A stretch of 64,000 nt of DNA from positions 21,867 through 85,866 of the forward strand of contig CAWDCV010000002.1 of assembly GCA_963801015.1 (NCBI GenBank), written 5' to 3'. Shown one piece after another: positions 21,629-33,935 of the stretch. Source of the stretch: an uncultured Actinomycetota bacterium. GTDB lineage: Bacteria; Actinomycetota; Actinomycetes; CAWDCV01. Numbering within the stretch: the first letter of the stretch is position 1; each line of letters begins with the position of its first letter. The notes beneath the pieces are model-generated. The model did not search any database. It was given only the letters and a program-made list of their open reading frames with translations, and was not told the DNA's origin. A program made the translations under genes and the position numbers.

Positions 21629-22383
21629 CGCCGATCCCGCGAGGCGTAGAGCTCGACAGCGTGCCAGAGATGGCGCCGGTCGAAGTCCGGCCACAGCGTG
21701 TCGAGGAAGACAAGCTCCGCGTACGCCGACTGCCACAGCAGGAAGTTGGACGTGCGTTGCTCGCCGGAGGAGCGCACGAACAGGTCGACATCGGGGATGT
21801 CGGGCTCGTCGAGATGATGGGCAATCGTGCGCTCGTCGACGCGCTCCGGGTCAAGTCGGCCTGCAGCGACCTCCCGCGCAATGGCCCTCGCGGCATCGGC
21901 AATCTCTGCGCGACCGCCATAGTTCACGCAGAACTGCAGCGTGAGCACGTCGTTGTCCCTCGTACGGCGTTCGGCGTCCTCTAGCTCGGCGATCACCGAC
22001 TTCCACAATCGTGGACGTCGTCCTGCCCAGCGCACGCGGACGCCGACAGCGTCGAGCTCGTCACGGCGTCGCCGGATGACGTCGCGGTTGAAACCCATGA
22101 GGAAGCGGACCTCGTCCGGCGAGCGGCGCCAGTTCTCAGTCGAGAAGGCGTACGCGGACAGGTAGGGCACGCCGATCTCGATTGCGCCCATGACGACGTC
22201 GAGCAGCGCGCTCTCGCCCGCCTCGTGCCCCTTGGTCCGCGGCAGGTCACGCTGCTTCGCCCAGCGCCCATTGCCGTCCATGACGATGGCGACATGCCGC
22301 GGCAGGAGGGCGCGCGGGATGTCAGGCGGTCTCGCACCCGTCGGATGCGGGAACGGTGCTGCAGGTGGGTTGCGTCGGCGCAT
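21565..22383 (-). CDS. uppS: isoprenyl transferase (undecaprenyl/decaprenyl diphosphate synthase family)
   Basis: [40 protein letters not shown]. The 3' end overlaps the zur 3' end by 64 bp. Confidence 0.85.
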   Translation of the reverse strand: MRRRNPPAAPFPHPTGARPPDIPRALLPRHVAIVMDGNGRWAKQRDLPRTKGHEAGESALLDVVMGAIEIGVPYLSAYAFSTENWRRSPDEVRFLMGFNRDVIRRRRDELDAVGVRVRWAGRRPRLWKSVIAELEDAERRTRDNDVLTLQFCVNYGGRAEIADAARAIAREVAAGRLDPERVDERTIAHHLDEPDIPDVDLFVRSSGEQRTSNFLLWQSAYAELVFLDTLWPDFDRRHLWHAVELYASRDRRYGGALPNEAQDAQVPKISRV

Positions 22384-22387
22384 GCGA

Positions 22388-23119
22388 TCAAACGCGCTCG
22401 ACGTGGCGCAGCGAACGCAGGCCCTGTTCGAGGTGCCATTGGAGATATGCCGCTACGAGGCCGCTGCCTTCGCGCCGATGCCGGGTGTCGGCGGCATCGG
22501 CGACGGGCCAGTCGCCGCTGAGCAGAGCACTCAGCAGGCGCAGCGTGTCGGGAGCCGGGGCAGCGCAGCCGGCCGGTCGGCAGCCGGTACACACTGCACC
22601 GCCGCTGGCGAGCGCGAAGAAACGGTGCGGGCCGTCGATGCCGCACCGGGCACACGCCGCGAACGACGGTGCGTAGCCGGCGACGGCCAGCGAACGCAGC
22701 AGGAAGGCGTCGAGGACAAGGTCTGCGGCGTGCTCGCCCGCGGCGAGTGCGCGCAGGCCGCCGACGAGCAGGAGGAACTGCTGGACGGCCGGCTCCTTCT
22801 CGACGCCGGTGAAGCGCTCGGCGGTCTCGAGCATCGCGGTGCCTGCGGTGTAGCGCGCGTAGTCGGTGGCGATGCCTTCGCCGTACGGCGCGAGCGTCTC
22901 AGCCTGCGTCACGATGTCGAGTGAGCGACCGGCGTACAGCTGCAGGTCGACATGCATGAACGGCTCGAGCCGTGCCCCGAATCGCGAGGTCGTGCGCCGG
23001 ACGCCCTTGCCGACTGCACGGACGCGGCCGTTGTGGCGGGTGAGCAGGGTGATGATGCGATCGGCCTCGCCGAGCTTCTGGGTGCGCAGGACGACACCCT
23101 CGTCGCGGTAGAGGCTCAC
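22388..23119 (-). CDS. recO: DNA repair protein RecO
   Basis: Only the last 243 codons of the 498-aa ORF are real. GTG at 23119 with GAGGGAG upstream. N-terminus [24 protein letters not shown]-terminal Cys cluster CARCG...CTGC. Confidence 0.85.
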   Translation of the reverse strand: MSLYRDEGVVLRTQKLGEADRIITLLTRHNGRVRAVGKGVRRTTSRFGARLEPFMHVDLQLYAGRSLDIVTQAETLAPYGEGIATDYARYTAGTAMLETAERFTGVEKEPAVQQFLLLVGGLRALAAGEHAADLVLDAFLLRSLAVAGYAPSFAACARCGIDGPHRFFALASGGAVCTGCRPAGCAAPAPDTLRLLSALLSGDWPVADAADTRHRREGSGLVAAYLQWHLEQGLRSLRHVERV

Positions 23120-23232
23120 CGTCGCATTCTCCCTCGCCGCTTCGACTCCGGACGGGCACCGCGCAGATCTCGTGTCAGAACGTGGCGCGGTCATAGCCGC
23201 GCGAGACTCTGACACGAGCAGTCGAGTCGGGA

Positions 23233-23937
23233 TCAGGCGGTGGCGGCGATGGCCACCGTCGCCAGCCCATTGATCACCATGTGGGCGACAATGCCGGCAC
23301 CGAGCCGCCCGGTCCACCAGCGCAGCCCGCCAAGCAGCAGCCCGAGCACTACGAGCAGGATCGCGCGGGTCGGCTCGAGGTGTCCGAGACCGAAGACGAT
23401 CCCGCTGACCACCGTGGCGAGCAACGGCGAGAGGCCGCACTTGGCTAACGCTCCCCACCACAGGCCACGAAAGCTCAGCTCCTCGGCGATCGGGCCAACG
23501 ACCGCAAACGACACCGCGAGCGCGACGAACCACGGACCGCTGATCCCGCTCGCAATCTCCGCGGCTGCCGCTGTCGGCGTCACTCCCACCAGGAGCGCGA
23601 CGAGCACGTAGAGCACGGTCAGCGATACGGCAGCCAGAGCGGCGAGGACGCCGATGCCGAGGTCCACCCAGCGAATCGACAGCGCGAGATCGCGGCGCAC
23701 ACCGCCGCCCTTTCGCCGTACCACCCAGATCGGGTAGAGGGCGAGGGCGGCCTGTCCGAGGATCAGCGATCCCACCACCGTGGGGCCATCGCCGAGCCCC
23801 AGCAGGCCGCCCAGCACCCAGAACGAGCCGAGGCTGAGCACCGCGTAGAGGGCGAGAGTCACGACCGCGTCGGGGATCCCCCATCGTGCGGTCGGCAACG
23901 CCTGCGTCGGGTCCGCGACGGCCGGCGATGTGCTCAC
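23233..23937 (-). CDS. CPBP-family intramembrane glutamic endopeptidase (CAAX protease-like)
   Basis: Multi-TM protein with EELSFRG and FGLGHL motifs. Confidence 0.7.
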   Translation of the reverse strand: MSTSPAVADPTQALPTARWGIPDAVVTLALYAVLSLGSFWVLGGLLGLGDGPTVVGSLILGQAALALYPIWVVRRKGGGVRRDLALSIRWVDLGIGVLAALAAVSLTVLYVLVALLVGVTPTAAAAEIASGISGPWFVALAVSFAVVGPIAEELSFRGLWWGALAKCGLSPLLATVVSGIVFGLGHLEPTRAILLVVLGLLLGGLRWWTGRLGAGIVAHMVINGLATVAIAATA

Positions 23938-23956
23938 GCTCGCGAGGCTAGTGCGC

Positions 23957-25747
<1,791 letters not shown>

Positions 25748-25969
25748 CTAGAAGAGGGCCCCGCCGCGGCGGCGAAGAATGAGCGCCAGACGCACGATCG
25801 CGAGGGTAGCGGACATGTCGGCCAGTCGAGACGAAACGTCCACCATGCGGACGCCGCGGGTCGCCTGCTCCCGCCAACTGCGGAGCCGCCCATCCGCAAC
25901 GATCATGGAGGAATGCACCGCCGATGTCCGATTCGTCCCGAGTGTCGGAGACATTTGTCCATGATCGTT

Positions 25970-26015
25970 GCGGGAAGGGGTGGAGGCGGGGCCCGACGCG
26001 GGCGGGCGCGGGCTG
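25970..26015. repeat. copy 1 of a ~46-bp GC-rich direct repeat in the era-leuA intergenic region
   Basis: GCGGGAAGGGGTGGAGGCGGGGCCCGACGCGGGCGGGCGCGGGCTG. About 90% identical to copy 2 at 26180-26230. Confidence 0.5.
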
Positions 26016-26028
26016 CATGCCCTCCCGA

Positions 26029-26081
26029 CTGGTTCCTCCGGCACGCGATACACCTTGATAACCGCGTACGACAGGAACCAG
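26029..26081. other. long imperfect hairpin between the two direct repeats
   Basis: Arms CTGGTTCCT (26029-37) and AGGAACCAG (26073-81) flank about 35 nt with further partial complementarity. Confidence 0.3.
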
Positions 26082-26179
26082 GAAATCGTCACCGATCATC
26101 AGCAACGACGTGCACGCCGGGGCCAGCGCGACGTCCACGTCGGCAGAGTCGAAGCCGCCCTCTCGTCTCCCCTCTCCGC

Positions 26180-26230
26180 AACGGGAAGGGGGTGGAGGCG
26201 AGGCCCCACGCCGGCGGGCGGGGGCGCGCT
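26180..26230. repeat. copy 2 of the ~46-bp direct repeat, abutting the era stop
   Basis: ACGGGAAGGGGGTGGAGGCGAGGCCCCACGCCGGCGGGCGGGGGCGCGCTG. Confidence 0.5.
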
Positions 26231-26239
26231 GGGACGGCG

Positions 26240-27142
26240 CTAGAAGCCGAGCCGGCGTAGCTGCTTGGGGTCACGCTGCCAGTCCTTGGCGACCTTGACG
26301 CGCAGGTCGAGGAACACCGGCGTGCCAAGCAGGGCCTCGATGTGCTGGCGCGCAGTCGTACCGACCTCGCGCAATCGTGACCCGCCGGAGCCGATGACGA
26401 TGGCCTTCTGGCTCGGGCGCTCGACGTAGATGTTTGCGTGGATGTCGGTCAAGTCGCGATCGGACCGCGGCAGCATTTCCTCGACGGTTACGGCCAGCGA
26501 ATGCGGCAGCTCTTCCCTCACACCTTCGAGCGCAGCCTCGCGGATGAGCTCGGCCACGAGCACCTGCTCCGGCTCGTCGGTGAGCTCGCCCTCGGGGTAC
26601 AGCGCCGGACCCACCGGCAGCAAGCCCACCAGCAGGCCAACAAGCACGTCCACCTGCTCATCGCGCACCGCCGACACCGGCACGATCTCGGCAAAATCGA
26701 GCAGCTTCGATACGGCCACGAGCTGCGCAGCTAGCGCGTCCCGGTCGACCAGATCGATCTTGGTCACGATTCCGACCACCGGTGTGCCCAGTGACGCCAC
26801 CTCGCGGGCAATGAACGCGTCGCCGCGCCCAACCTCCTCATCGGCGGGGATGCAGAAGCCGACGACATCGACCTCCGCCCAGGTCGTACGCACCAGGTCA
26901 TTGAGCCGTTGCCCGAGCAGGGTGCGTGGCCGGTGCAGGCCGGGAGTGTCTACGAGGACGAGCTGCGCCTCGGGTCGGTGAACGATGCCGCGGATGGTGT
27001 GCCGCGTCGTCTGCGGCCGGCTGGAGGTGATGGCCAACTTCTGGCCGACTATCGCGTTCATCAGCGTCGACTTGCCGGCGTTTGGACGGCCGACGAAGCA
27101 CGCAAAACCGGAGCGGTGCTCTTCCTCAGAGGTTCCGCTCAC
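26240..27142 (-). CDS. era: GTPase Era
   Basis: G1 GRPNAGKST, G3 DTPG, a KH domain at the C-terminus. Confidence 0.9.
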   Translation of the reverse strand: MSGTSEEEHRSGFACFVGRPNAGKSTLMNAIVGQKLAITSSRPQTTRHTIRGIVHRPEAQLVLVDTPGLHRPRTLLGQRLNDLVRTTWAEVDVVGFCIPADEEVGRGDAFIAREVASLGTPVVGIVTKIDLVDRDALAAQLVAVSKLLDFAEIVPVSAVRDEQVDVLVGLLVGLLPVGPALYPEGELTDEPEQVLVAELIREAALEGVREELPHSLAVTVEEMLPRSDRDLTDIHANIYVERPSQKAIVIGSGGSRLREVGTTARQHIEALLGTPVFLDLRVKVAKDWQRDPKQLRRLGF

Positions 27143-27492
27143 CCCGGCCTCGTCACCTCACGCACGGCACCATCCGGACCGGCGAGCAGCACGGGCAGGT
27201 CAGGGCCGCCGAGCTCCCGGAGTACGGCCAGGTCGCCGGACATGAGCCGGTCGGCCGTCCCGACGACAGCGGCGGCTTCCAACCCAGGAGCCTCGCTCGA
27301 CACCGCCATCGCGATGGCGACCTGCAGCGCGGATAGTTCCAACGAGGCCAGGGTCACCGTGGTCCCCACGTACGTACGTCCGTCGCTGTCGCGCACGGCG
27401 GCGCCCTCGTACCGGTCGCTGCGGGCACGCGCCGACCTGGCCAGCGTGACGATTTTGGCGTCCTCGGGATCGAGCTCCGGAGGCTCAGGCAT
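27139..27492 (-). CDS. conserved hypothetical protein, cytidine-deaminase-like fold without zinc ligands (Rv2365c-type)
   Basis: 117 aa. Fills the era / CBS-hemolysin gap as in mycobacterial synteny. Has a CDA-like core (GTTVTLASLELSALQVAIAMAV) but lacks the CAE and PCGxC zinc ligands. Confidence 0.5.
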   Translation of the reverse strand: MPEPPELDPEDAKIVTLARSARARSDRYEGAAVRDSDGRTYVGTTVTLASLELSALQVAIAMAVSSEAPGLEAAAVVGTADRLMSGDLAVLRELGGPDLPVLLAGPDGAVREVTRPG

Positions 27493-28828
27493 CGACGTGA
27501 TGTTGTGTCGCCTCGCTGGCGGGCTCGATCAACCCGTTCCGGCGCCGGCGGACGGCGACGGATCCGTCGGTCGGCGTCACGAGAACCGTGGCGATGCGGT
27601 TTCGGCGCCCCTCGGCGCTCTCGGCGACAAGTCGTAGCCCGGCGACGTCCGCCTGCGCACCGGGAATCGGTACCCGACCGAGGTGCTTGGCCAGCAATCC
27701 GCCCACGGTATCGACGTCGTCGTCCTTGAGGTCACGGTCGGTCAGCTCGGCGAGCTCCTCGACGGGCAGCCGCGCGGTGACCCGGTAGGCGCCCTGCGGC
27801 AGCACCTCGACCGGCGGCACCTCGGTGTCGTACTCGTCGGTGATCTCCCCGACGATCTCCTCGAGGATGTCCTCGATCGTGACGAGCCCCGCGGTGCCGC
27901 CGTACTCGTCGACCACGATCGCGAGGTGAACCTGATTGAGCTGCATCTCCCGGAGCACCTCGTCGACCGGCTTGCTGTCGGGAACGTAGGTCGCGGCCCG
28001 CATGACCGACTCGACGCGCTCCGTCGACTCGCCCTCGTGGAACTCGTACGTGCGCCGCACCAGATCCTTGAGGTAGGCCACGCCCACGACGTCGTCGAGG
28101 TTCTCGCCGATCACGGGAATCCGGGAGAACCCGCTGCGCAGCGCTAGGGACACCGCTTGCCGCAGGGTCTTGGCGCGCTCGATGAACACCATGTCGGTAC
28201 GCGGCACCATCACCTCGCGCACGATCGTGTCGCCGAGCTCGAAAACGGAGTGGATCATCTGCCGCTCGTCGTCCTCGATCAGCGCGCGCTCCTCGGCCAG
28301 GTCGACCAGATCGCGAAGCTCCGCCTCAGAGGTGAATGGGCCCTCGCGGAAGCCCTTCCCCGGAGTCAGCGCATTGCCCACGAGGATGAGCAGGATGGTG
28401 ATCGGTCGCAGCGCGCGAGCCAGCCAGTACGCCGGCGCAGCGGCAGCAAGAGCGATGCGATCAGCGTGCTGTCGGCCGAGCGTGCGCGGCGATACCCCGA
28501 TCACGACGTACGACACGACGAGCATGATCCCCGCGGCCACGAGCACGGCCTGCCAGCTCTCGCCGAACAGGGCAAGGCACACCAGGCTCACGAGCACGGT
28601 GGCCGTGATCTCGCACAGCGTCCGCAGGAGAAGCAGCACGTTGAGGTAGCGCGGTGGGTCGCTGACGACCTGCTGCAGCCGGTCGGCGGCACGGCGCCCC
28701 TGGCGGACGTACTCCTCGACCCGAGTCCGCGACACCCGAGACAGGGCCACCTCTGCCCCGGCGAAGAGGCCGGCGAGCACGACGAGAATTGCTGCGACGA
28801 CGACGAAGGTGATCTCGACGCTGTTCAT
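27485..28828 (-). CDS. hemolysin-family protein (DUF21-CBS-CorC_HlyC)
   Basis: Start set at [11 protein letters not shown] (ATG 28828). TM N-domain, tandem CBS domains, and a CorC C-terminus. 4-nt overlap with ybeY. Confidence 0.8.
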   Translation of the reverse strand: MNSVEITFVVVAAILVVLAGLFAGAEVALSRVSRTRVEEYVRQGRRAADRLQQVVSDPPRYLNVLLLLRTLCEITATVLVSLVCLALFGESWQAVLVAAGIMLVVSYVVIGVSPRTLGRQHADRIALAAAAPAYWLARALRPITILLILVGNALTPGKGFREGPFTSEAELRDLVDLAEERALIEDDERQMIHSVFELGDTIVREVMVPRTDMVFIERAKTLRQAVSLALRSGFSRIPVIGENLDDVVGVAYLKDLVRRTYEFHEGESTERVESVMRAATYVPDSKPVDEVLREMQLNQVHLAIVVDEYGGTAGLVTIEDILEEIVGEITDEYDTEVPPVEVLPQGAYRVTARLPVEELAELTDRDLKDDDVDTVGGLLAKHLGRVPIPGAQADVAGLRLVAESAEGRRNRIATVLVTPTDGSVAVRRRRNGLIEPASEATQHHVDA

Positions 28829-29313
28829 GTCGAGCTCCCGCCCGTCCGCATTGCGTCGAGCGTTTGTTGCTCGTGCCAAGCGGCGACGATGCGGCCCTGC
28901 AGACCGAACATCTCGCGCTCCTCTTCCGGCTCCGCATGGTCGTACCCGAGGAGGTGCAGGATGCCGTGCGCGCACAGCAGGTACAGCTCGTCAGCAGTGG
29001 AGTGACCGGCGGCACGCGCCTGCGTGGCAGCGACCTCGGGGCACAGCACGACGTCGCCGAGGAGCCCCGGCTCGGGCTCCTCATCGTCGGAGGGGGGACG
29101 CAGCTCATCCATCGGAAATGCGAGCACGTCGGTCGGACCCGGCTCGTCCATCCAGTGCTGGTGGAGCTGCTCCATCGCCGCAACGTCCACGAGGAGGATG
29201 GAGAGTTCGGCGAGCGGATGGATGCGCATCCGCTCGAGGACGAAGCGCGCCATTCGACCCAGGCCCGCTTCGTCGACCGCGACGCCGGATTCGTTCGCGA
29301 CATCGACACTCAC
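28825..29313 (-). CDS. ybeY: rRNA maturation endoribonuclease YbeY
   Basis: [11 protein letters not shown] metal site. 162 aa. Confidence 0.85.
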   Translation of the reverse strand: MSVDVANESGVAVDEAGLGRMARFVLERMRIHPLAELSILLVDVAAMEQLHQHWMDEPGPTDVLAFPMDELRPPSDDEEPEPGLLGDVVLCPEVAATQARAAGHSTADELYLLCAHGILHLLGYDHAEPEEEREMFGLQGRIVAAWHEQQTLDAMRTGGSST

Positions 29314-29349
29314 GTGCGACGACCGTCCCTCGAGACTCGGCGTGCCGGC

Positions 29350-30378
29350 TCAACCACGACGACCCGGACGGCGACCGTCCGGGCGCGGTCCCTCGTGCAG
29401 CTGTCCCCCGAGGGAGGCATCGAAGCGCCCGTAGGCGTCCACGATCTCGCTCACGAGCTTGTGGCGAACGACGTCGTGGCTGGTCAGATGCGTGAACGAC
29501 ACGTCGTCGATGCCGTCCAGGATGCCCTGCACGATGCGCAGCCCACTGTGGGTGCCGGCCGGCAGGTCGACCTGCGTCACGTCTCCGGTCACGACCATCT
29601 TCGAACCGAAGCCGAGCCGGGTGAGAAACATCTTCATCTGCTCCGGCGAGGTGTTCTGTGCCTCGTCGAGAATGATGAAGGCGTCGTTGAGGCTGCGGCC
29701 GCGCATGTACGCCAGCGGGGCTACCTCGATCGTGCCCGCCGTCATGAGGCGCGGAATCGACTCCGGATCGATCATGTCGTGCAGCGCGTCGTACAGCGGT
29801 CGCAAGTACGGGTCGATCTTCTCGTACAGCGTTCCGGGCAAGAAGCCCAGCCGCTCCCCCGCCTCGACCGCGGGCCGGGTCAGGATGATGCGGTTGACCT
29901 GCTTGACCTGCAGTGCCTGCACGGCCTTCGCCACCGCGAGGTAGGTTTTGCCGGTGCCCGCAGGGCCGATGCCGAACACGATCGTGTGCTTGTCGATCGC
30001 GTCGACGTACCGCTTCTGGTTCAGCGTCTTCGGGCGGATGGTCCGGCCCCGATTGGACAGGATGTTGAGGCTCAGCACCTCGGCCGGGCGCTCGGTTGTC
30101 TCGCTGCGGAGCATGCCCGCGGATCGCTCGACGGTGTCGCGGGTGATTCCCTGACCGGTACGCAGGATCGTGATCAACTCGTCGAAGAGCCGCTCGACGA
30201 GGGCGACGTCACCCTGCTCCCCGGTGACGGTGATCTCGTTGCCGCGAGCGTGGATGTCGGCGCCAGGGAACATGGCCTCGACGACGCGCAGGAACTCGTC
30301 ACCCGAACCCAGCAGGCTGACCATGCTGAGGCTCGTCGGAACGACGATCTTGTGTTGGGCTCGTGTGGTGTCGACCAT
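29350..30378 (-). CDS. phoH: PhoH-family ATPase
   Basis: Walker [10 protein letters not shown] and the PhoH C-terminal domain. Start set at [14 protein letters not shown]. Confidence 0.85.
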   Translation of the reverse strand: MVDTTRAQHKIVVPTSLSMVSLLGSGDEFLRVVEAMFPGADIHARGNEITVTGEQGDVALVERLFDELITILRTGQGITRDTVERSAGMLRSETTERPAEVLSLNILSNRGRTIRPKTLNQKRYVDAIDKHTIVFGIGPAGTGKTYLAVAKAVQALQVKQVNRIILTRPAVEAGERLGFLPGTLYEKIDPYLRPLYDALHDMIDPESIPRLMTAGTIEVAPLAYMRGRSLNDAFIILDEAQNTSPEQMKMFLTRLGFGSKMVVTGDVTQVDLPAGTHSGLRIVQGILDGIDDVSFTHLTSHDVVRHKLVSEIVDAYGRFDASLGGQLHEGPRPDGRRPGRRG

Positions 30379-30473
30379 GGGTCGGCCTGGCGGCCTGGCG
30401 CCTGCTCTCGTCCTCGGGAATGTCGGCTGGATCAACAACCCATGTTACCCAGCGTGCCGTTCCCCTTCGACGA

Positions 30474-30830
30474 TCATCCGGGCGGCCAATTCAGGCCCCG
30501 CCCGCCCAGTACGTGCGCGTGGACATGGAACACCGTCTGCCCGGCCGAGGTGCCGGTGTTGAACACGACGCGGTGGCCGGACAGCTGCTCCTGATCGGCG
30601 ACCGCGGCGGTCTCCCGGACGAGCTCGGCGAGCAGCAACTCGTCGACGGCCGCCAGCTCCGCGACGTTCGCGTGGTGCGCCCGCGGGATGACCAGCACGT
30701 GAGTCGGAGCCTGCGGGTTGATGTCCCGGAAAGTGACCGTGCGCTCAGTCTCGCGAACGACGGTCGCGGGTACGTCTCCGGAGACGATCCGGCAGAACAG
30801 GCAGTCCGCCACCTGAGTCATGCTTCGCAT
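30474..30830 (-). CDS. histidine triad (HIT) family protein
   Basis: C-terminal HVHAHVLGG HIT motif. 118 aa. Confidence 0.8.
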   Translation of the reverse strand: MRSMTQVADCLFCRIVSGDVPATVVRETERTVTFRDINPQAPTHVLVIPRAHHANVAELAAVDELLLAELVRETAAVADQEQLSGHRVVFNTGTSAGQTVFHVHAHVLGGRGLNWPPG

Positions 30831-30857
30831 CCTCCCACCGCTTCGATCAGCAGGTGC

Positions 30858-31595
30858 TCACCACCGGGGCGACGCCGCGAGGAGGATGCCGGCGGCCACG
30901 ACGCCGGCGGTCGACGTGCGCAACACGGTAGGGCCGAGACGCCGGATGGATGCGCCAGCAGTCGAGAACGTCGCCAACTCCTCGTCGGTGAGGCCACCCT
31001 CCGGTCCGACAACGACGACGACGTCACCGTCGGTCGGTACGGGAAGATCGGCGAGACCTTCTTCACCGCCCTCGTGCAGGACGATGCCCTGGGTCGATGC
31101 GGCAAGCCGGGCTGCGACGCCGGACGTCATCGCCAGCTCCGTCACGTCGGGAATGAAGCTGCGCCGGGCCTGCTTGGCGGCTTCCCGCGCCGCCGTACGC
31201 CAGCGGCCGAGTGCCTTGGCGCCACGCTCATCGCGCCAGCGGGTCACGCAGCGCGCAGCCGACCAGGGCACCACCACGTCGACTCCGACCTCGGTCATCA
31301 TCTCGACAGCGAGCTCGCCCCGATCGCCTTTGGGCAGCGCTTGCACCACGGTCAGCCGTGGCACCGGCCGTTCTTCGACACGCATGGCGTCCACGACGCA
31401 CTCGATCTCGTCGCGATCGACGCGAACGACCGTCGCGGCGGCGACCGTTCCGCGCCCGTCGATGACCTGGATGCGCTCGCCCGGTGCTACGCGCCGCACC
31501 CGGGCGGCATGGTGACCCTCCGGCCCTGAGATCACCACGGTGCGAGCTCCGGGAAGCAGTAGTCCCCCGTCGACGACGAAGGTGGCGGCCGTCAC
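30858..31595 (-). CDS. rsmE: 16S rRNA (uracil1498-N3)-methyltransferase
   Basis: 245 aa with PUA-like N-domain and SPOUT C-domain. Sits in the conserved position between HIT and dnaJ. Confidence 0.7.
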   Translation of the reverse strand: MTAATFVVDGGLLLPGARTVVISGPEGHHAARVRRVAPGERIQVIDGRGTVAAATVVRVDRDEIECVVDAMRVEERPVPRLTVVQALPKGDRGELAVEMMTEVGVDVVVPWSAARCVTRWRDERGAKALGRWRTAAREAAKQARRSFIPDVTELAMTSGVAARLAASTQGIVLHEGGEEGLADLPVPTDGDVVVVVGPEGGLTDEELATFSTAGASIRRLGPTVLRTSTAGVVAAGILLAASPRW

Positions 31596-31601
31596 CGCTG
31601 G

Positions 31602-32720
31602 TCAGCGTCCGTTGAACGCATCCCGCAGCCGGGAGAAGAACCCCTGACCGCCAGGGGTGAACTGCCCGTCGGGCCGTTCCTCGCCGCGCAGGTCGGCCAG
31701 CTGCCGCAGCAACCGTTCCTGCTCGCCGTCAAGCTTGGTAGGCGTCTGGACGTCGACGTGCACGAGCAGGTCTCCGCGACCGACGCCGCGCAGGTGTTGC
31801 ACCCCCTGCCCACGCAGCGGGATGACATTGCCGGACTGGGTGCCCGGCCGGATGTCGATCTCCTCGGAGCCGTCGAGGGTCTCGAGCGTGACCGAGGCAC
31901 CGAGCGCAGCGGCGGTCATCGGCAGCGTCACCGTGCAGTGCAGGTCGTCCCCGCGACGCTGGAACGTTGGGTGGGGCAGCTCGACGATCTCGACGAACAG
32001 GTCGCCCGCCGGCCCGCCGCCGGGCCCGATCTCGCCCTCGGCGGCGAGCTGGATGCGCGTGCCGGTGTCGACGCCCGCCGGGATCTTGATGGTCAGCGTG
32101 CGGCGGGTCCGGATCCGGCCGTCGCCCGCGCACTCGGGACACGGGTGCGGGATCACCGTGCCGAACCCGGAGCAGTTGGTGCACGGACGCGACGTCATCA
32201 CCTGCCCCAGCAGGGAGCGCTGCACCTGCTGGACCTCGCCCCGGCCGCGACACACATCACAGGTGCGCACCGACGTCCCCGGCGCCGTGCCTGCTCCGGT
32301 ACACGTCGGGCACAGGACTGCGGTATCGACCTGGAGATCGCGGGTACTGCCGAACGCGGCCTCACCGAGCTCGACGTCCAGCCGAATGAGCGCGTCCTGG
32401 CCGCGACGCTTGCGCGGCCGGGGACCACGACTGGCCGAAGTCCCAAAGAACGCGTCCATGATGTCGCCGAAGCCAAACCCGGCACCGAACCCGGCGCCCG
32501 ACGACGACAGCGGATCGCCGCCGAGGTCGTACATCTGGCGCTTCGACGGATCGGAAAGCACTTCGTACGCTGCGGTGATCTCCTTGAAGCGCTCCTGCGT
32601 CACCGCATCAGGATTGATGTCGGGATGCAGTTCGCGAGCAAGCCGGCGGTACGCGCGCTTGATCTCGTCCGGTGAGGCGTCGCGGCTGACGCCGAGAGTG
32701 GCGTAGTGGTCCTGCGTCAC
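31602..32720 (-). CDS. dnaJ: molecular chaperone DnaJ
   Basis: J-domain (HYATLGVSRDASPDEIKRAYRRLARELHPD), a G/F region, and four CxxCxGxG zinc repeats. Start set at GTG 32720, just after the hrcA stop. Confidence 0.85.
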   Translation of the reverse strand: MTQDHYATLGVSRDASPDEIKRAYRRLARELHPDINPDAVTQERFKEITAAYEVLSDPSKRQMYDLGGDPLSSSGAGFGAGFGFGDIMDAFFGTSASRGPRPRKRRGQDALIRLDVELGEAAFGSTRDLQVDTAVLCPTCTGAGTAPGTSVRTCDVCRGRGEVQQVQRSLLGQVMTSRPCTNCSGFGTVIPHPCPECAGDGRIRTRRTLTIKIPAGVDTGTRIQLAAEGEIGPGGGPAGDLFVEIVELPHPTFQRRGDDLHCTVTLPMTAAALGASVTLETLDGSEEIDIRPGTQSGNVIPLRGQGVQHLRGVGRGDLLVHVDVQTPTKLDGEQERLLRQLADLRGEERPDGQFTPGGQGFFSRLRDAFNGR

Positions 32721-32724
32721 TGCC

Positions 32725-33744
32725 TCACGACTCCGCGAGGATCTTGCCGACGTACCGAGCCACTGCGCGTACCGCTCCCATCGTTCCGGGGTAATCCATT
32801 CGGGTTGGGCCGAGCACCCCGAGCTGCGCCAGGGTTTCCTCGCCGCGACCGTAACCAACACTGACAATCGACGACTGAGCCAAGCCGATGTGCGGATTCT
32901 CGTGCCCGATACGGACCGTCAACGTCGACGGGTCTCCGACCTCGCCCAGCAGGCGCATGAGCACCACCTGCTCGTCGAGTGCTTCGAGGACCGGCTGGAT
33001 CGTGTGGATGTACTCCGAGCCGAACCGCATGAGGTTGGCAGTTCCCGCAAGGACCACCCGCTCCTCGTGACGCTCGACGAGCGTCTCCAGCAGGGTCGAC
33101 ACGATGGCCGCGGCCACGCCGCGCTCCTCGCCGACGTACAGGTCGGGAATCTCCGCCACCACGGGAGGAAGCTCGGCGAGCCTACGCCCGGCGAGGCGCT
33201 CGTTGAGCAGCCCACGCAGGTCCCCGACGAGTCGGTCGGCCGCGGGGGCGGTGCACTCGACGATGCGCTGGTCGACCCGCCCCGTATCGGTGATGAGCAC
33301 GAGCATCACGCGAGTCAGGCTGAGCGGGACGAGCTCGACGTGGCGCACGGACGACCGGATGAGCGACGGGTACTGCACCACCGCCACCTGCCGGGTCAGT
33401 TGTGCGAGCAGCCGGACCGTGCGGCTGACGACGTCGTCGAGATCGACGGCACCCTCGAGGAACGTCGCAATCGCGCGCCGTTCTGGCGTCGACAGCGGCT
33501 TGACGGTGGCCAACCGGTCGACAAAGAGGCGATAGCCCTTGTCGGTAGGGATACGACCGGCGCTGGTGTGTGGCTGGGTGATGTAGCCCTCTTCTTCCAG
33601 CACCGCCATGTCGTTGCGGATCGTCGCCGAGGAGACGCCGAGGTTGTGTCGCTCGACCAGCGCCTTGGACCCGACCGGCTCGGAGGTGGAGACGTAGTCC
33701 TCCACGATCGCGCGGAGCACTTCCAGCTTGCGTTCGTCGAGCAC
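32725..33744 (-). CDS. hrcA: heat-inducible transcription repressor HrcA
   Basis: Contains [28 protein letters not shown]. Start moved to GTG 33744 (AAGGAGGG upstream) so the CIRCE element lies outside the CDS. Confidence 0.85.
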   Translation of the reverse strand: MLDERKLEVLRAIVEDYVSTSEPVGSKALVERHNLGVSSATIRNDMAVLEEEGYITQPHTSAGRIPTDKGYRLFVDRLATVKPLSTPERRAIATFLEGAVDLDDVVSRTVRLLAQLTRQVAVVQYPSLIRSSVRHVELVPLSLTRVMLVLITDTGRVDQRIVECTAPAADRLVGDLRGLLNERLAGRRLAELPPVVAEIPDLYVGEERGVAAAIVSTLLETLVERHEERVVLAGTANLMRFGSEYIHTIQPVLEALDEQVVLMRLLGEVGDPSTLTVRIGHENPHIGLAQSSIVSVGYGRGEETLAQLGVLGPTRMDYPGTMGAVRAVARYVGKILAES

Positions 33745-33774
33745 AGGTCCCTCCTTCCGGTCGTTGCTGGGCCC

Positions 33775-33799
33775 TGGCACTCACGTCGTTCGAGTGCCA
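33775..33799. promoter_or_regulatory. CIRCE element (HrcA operator)
   Basis: TGGCACTC-N9-GAGTGCCA matches the TTAGCACTC-N9-GAGTGCTAA consensus. Lies about 30 nt upstream of hrcA. Confidence 0.7.
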
Positions 33800-33935
33800 A
33801 TCCTACGTCGTCGCCGCAGGCCCGGCTCGACGCGGCGCGGCGCATCGATCGGCACCACCGAGGTCCTCGACTTCACGCTCCGATCGGTGAAGGCTGGGCT
33901 CGGTGCACAGGCGCCCACCATCGAAGGAGCTCGTC

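Noticed and set aside
33728-33935. start of the 462-aa plus ORF running through the CIRCE/hrcA promoter
   Set aside because: No RBS. Overlaps the hrcA start and CIRCE. Real genes begin at 33936 (DUF4870-like) and 34598 (cupin).
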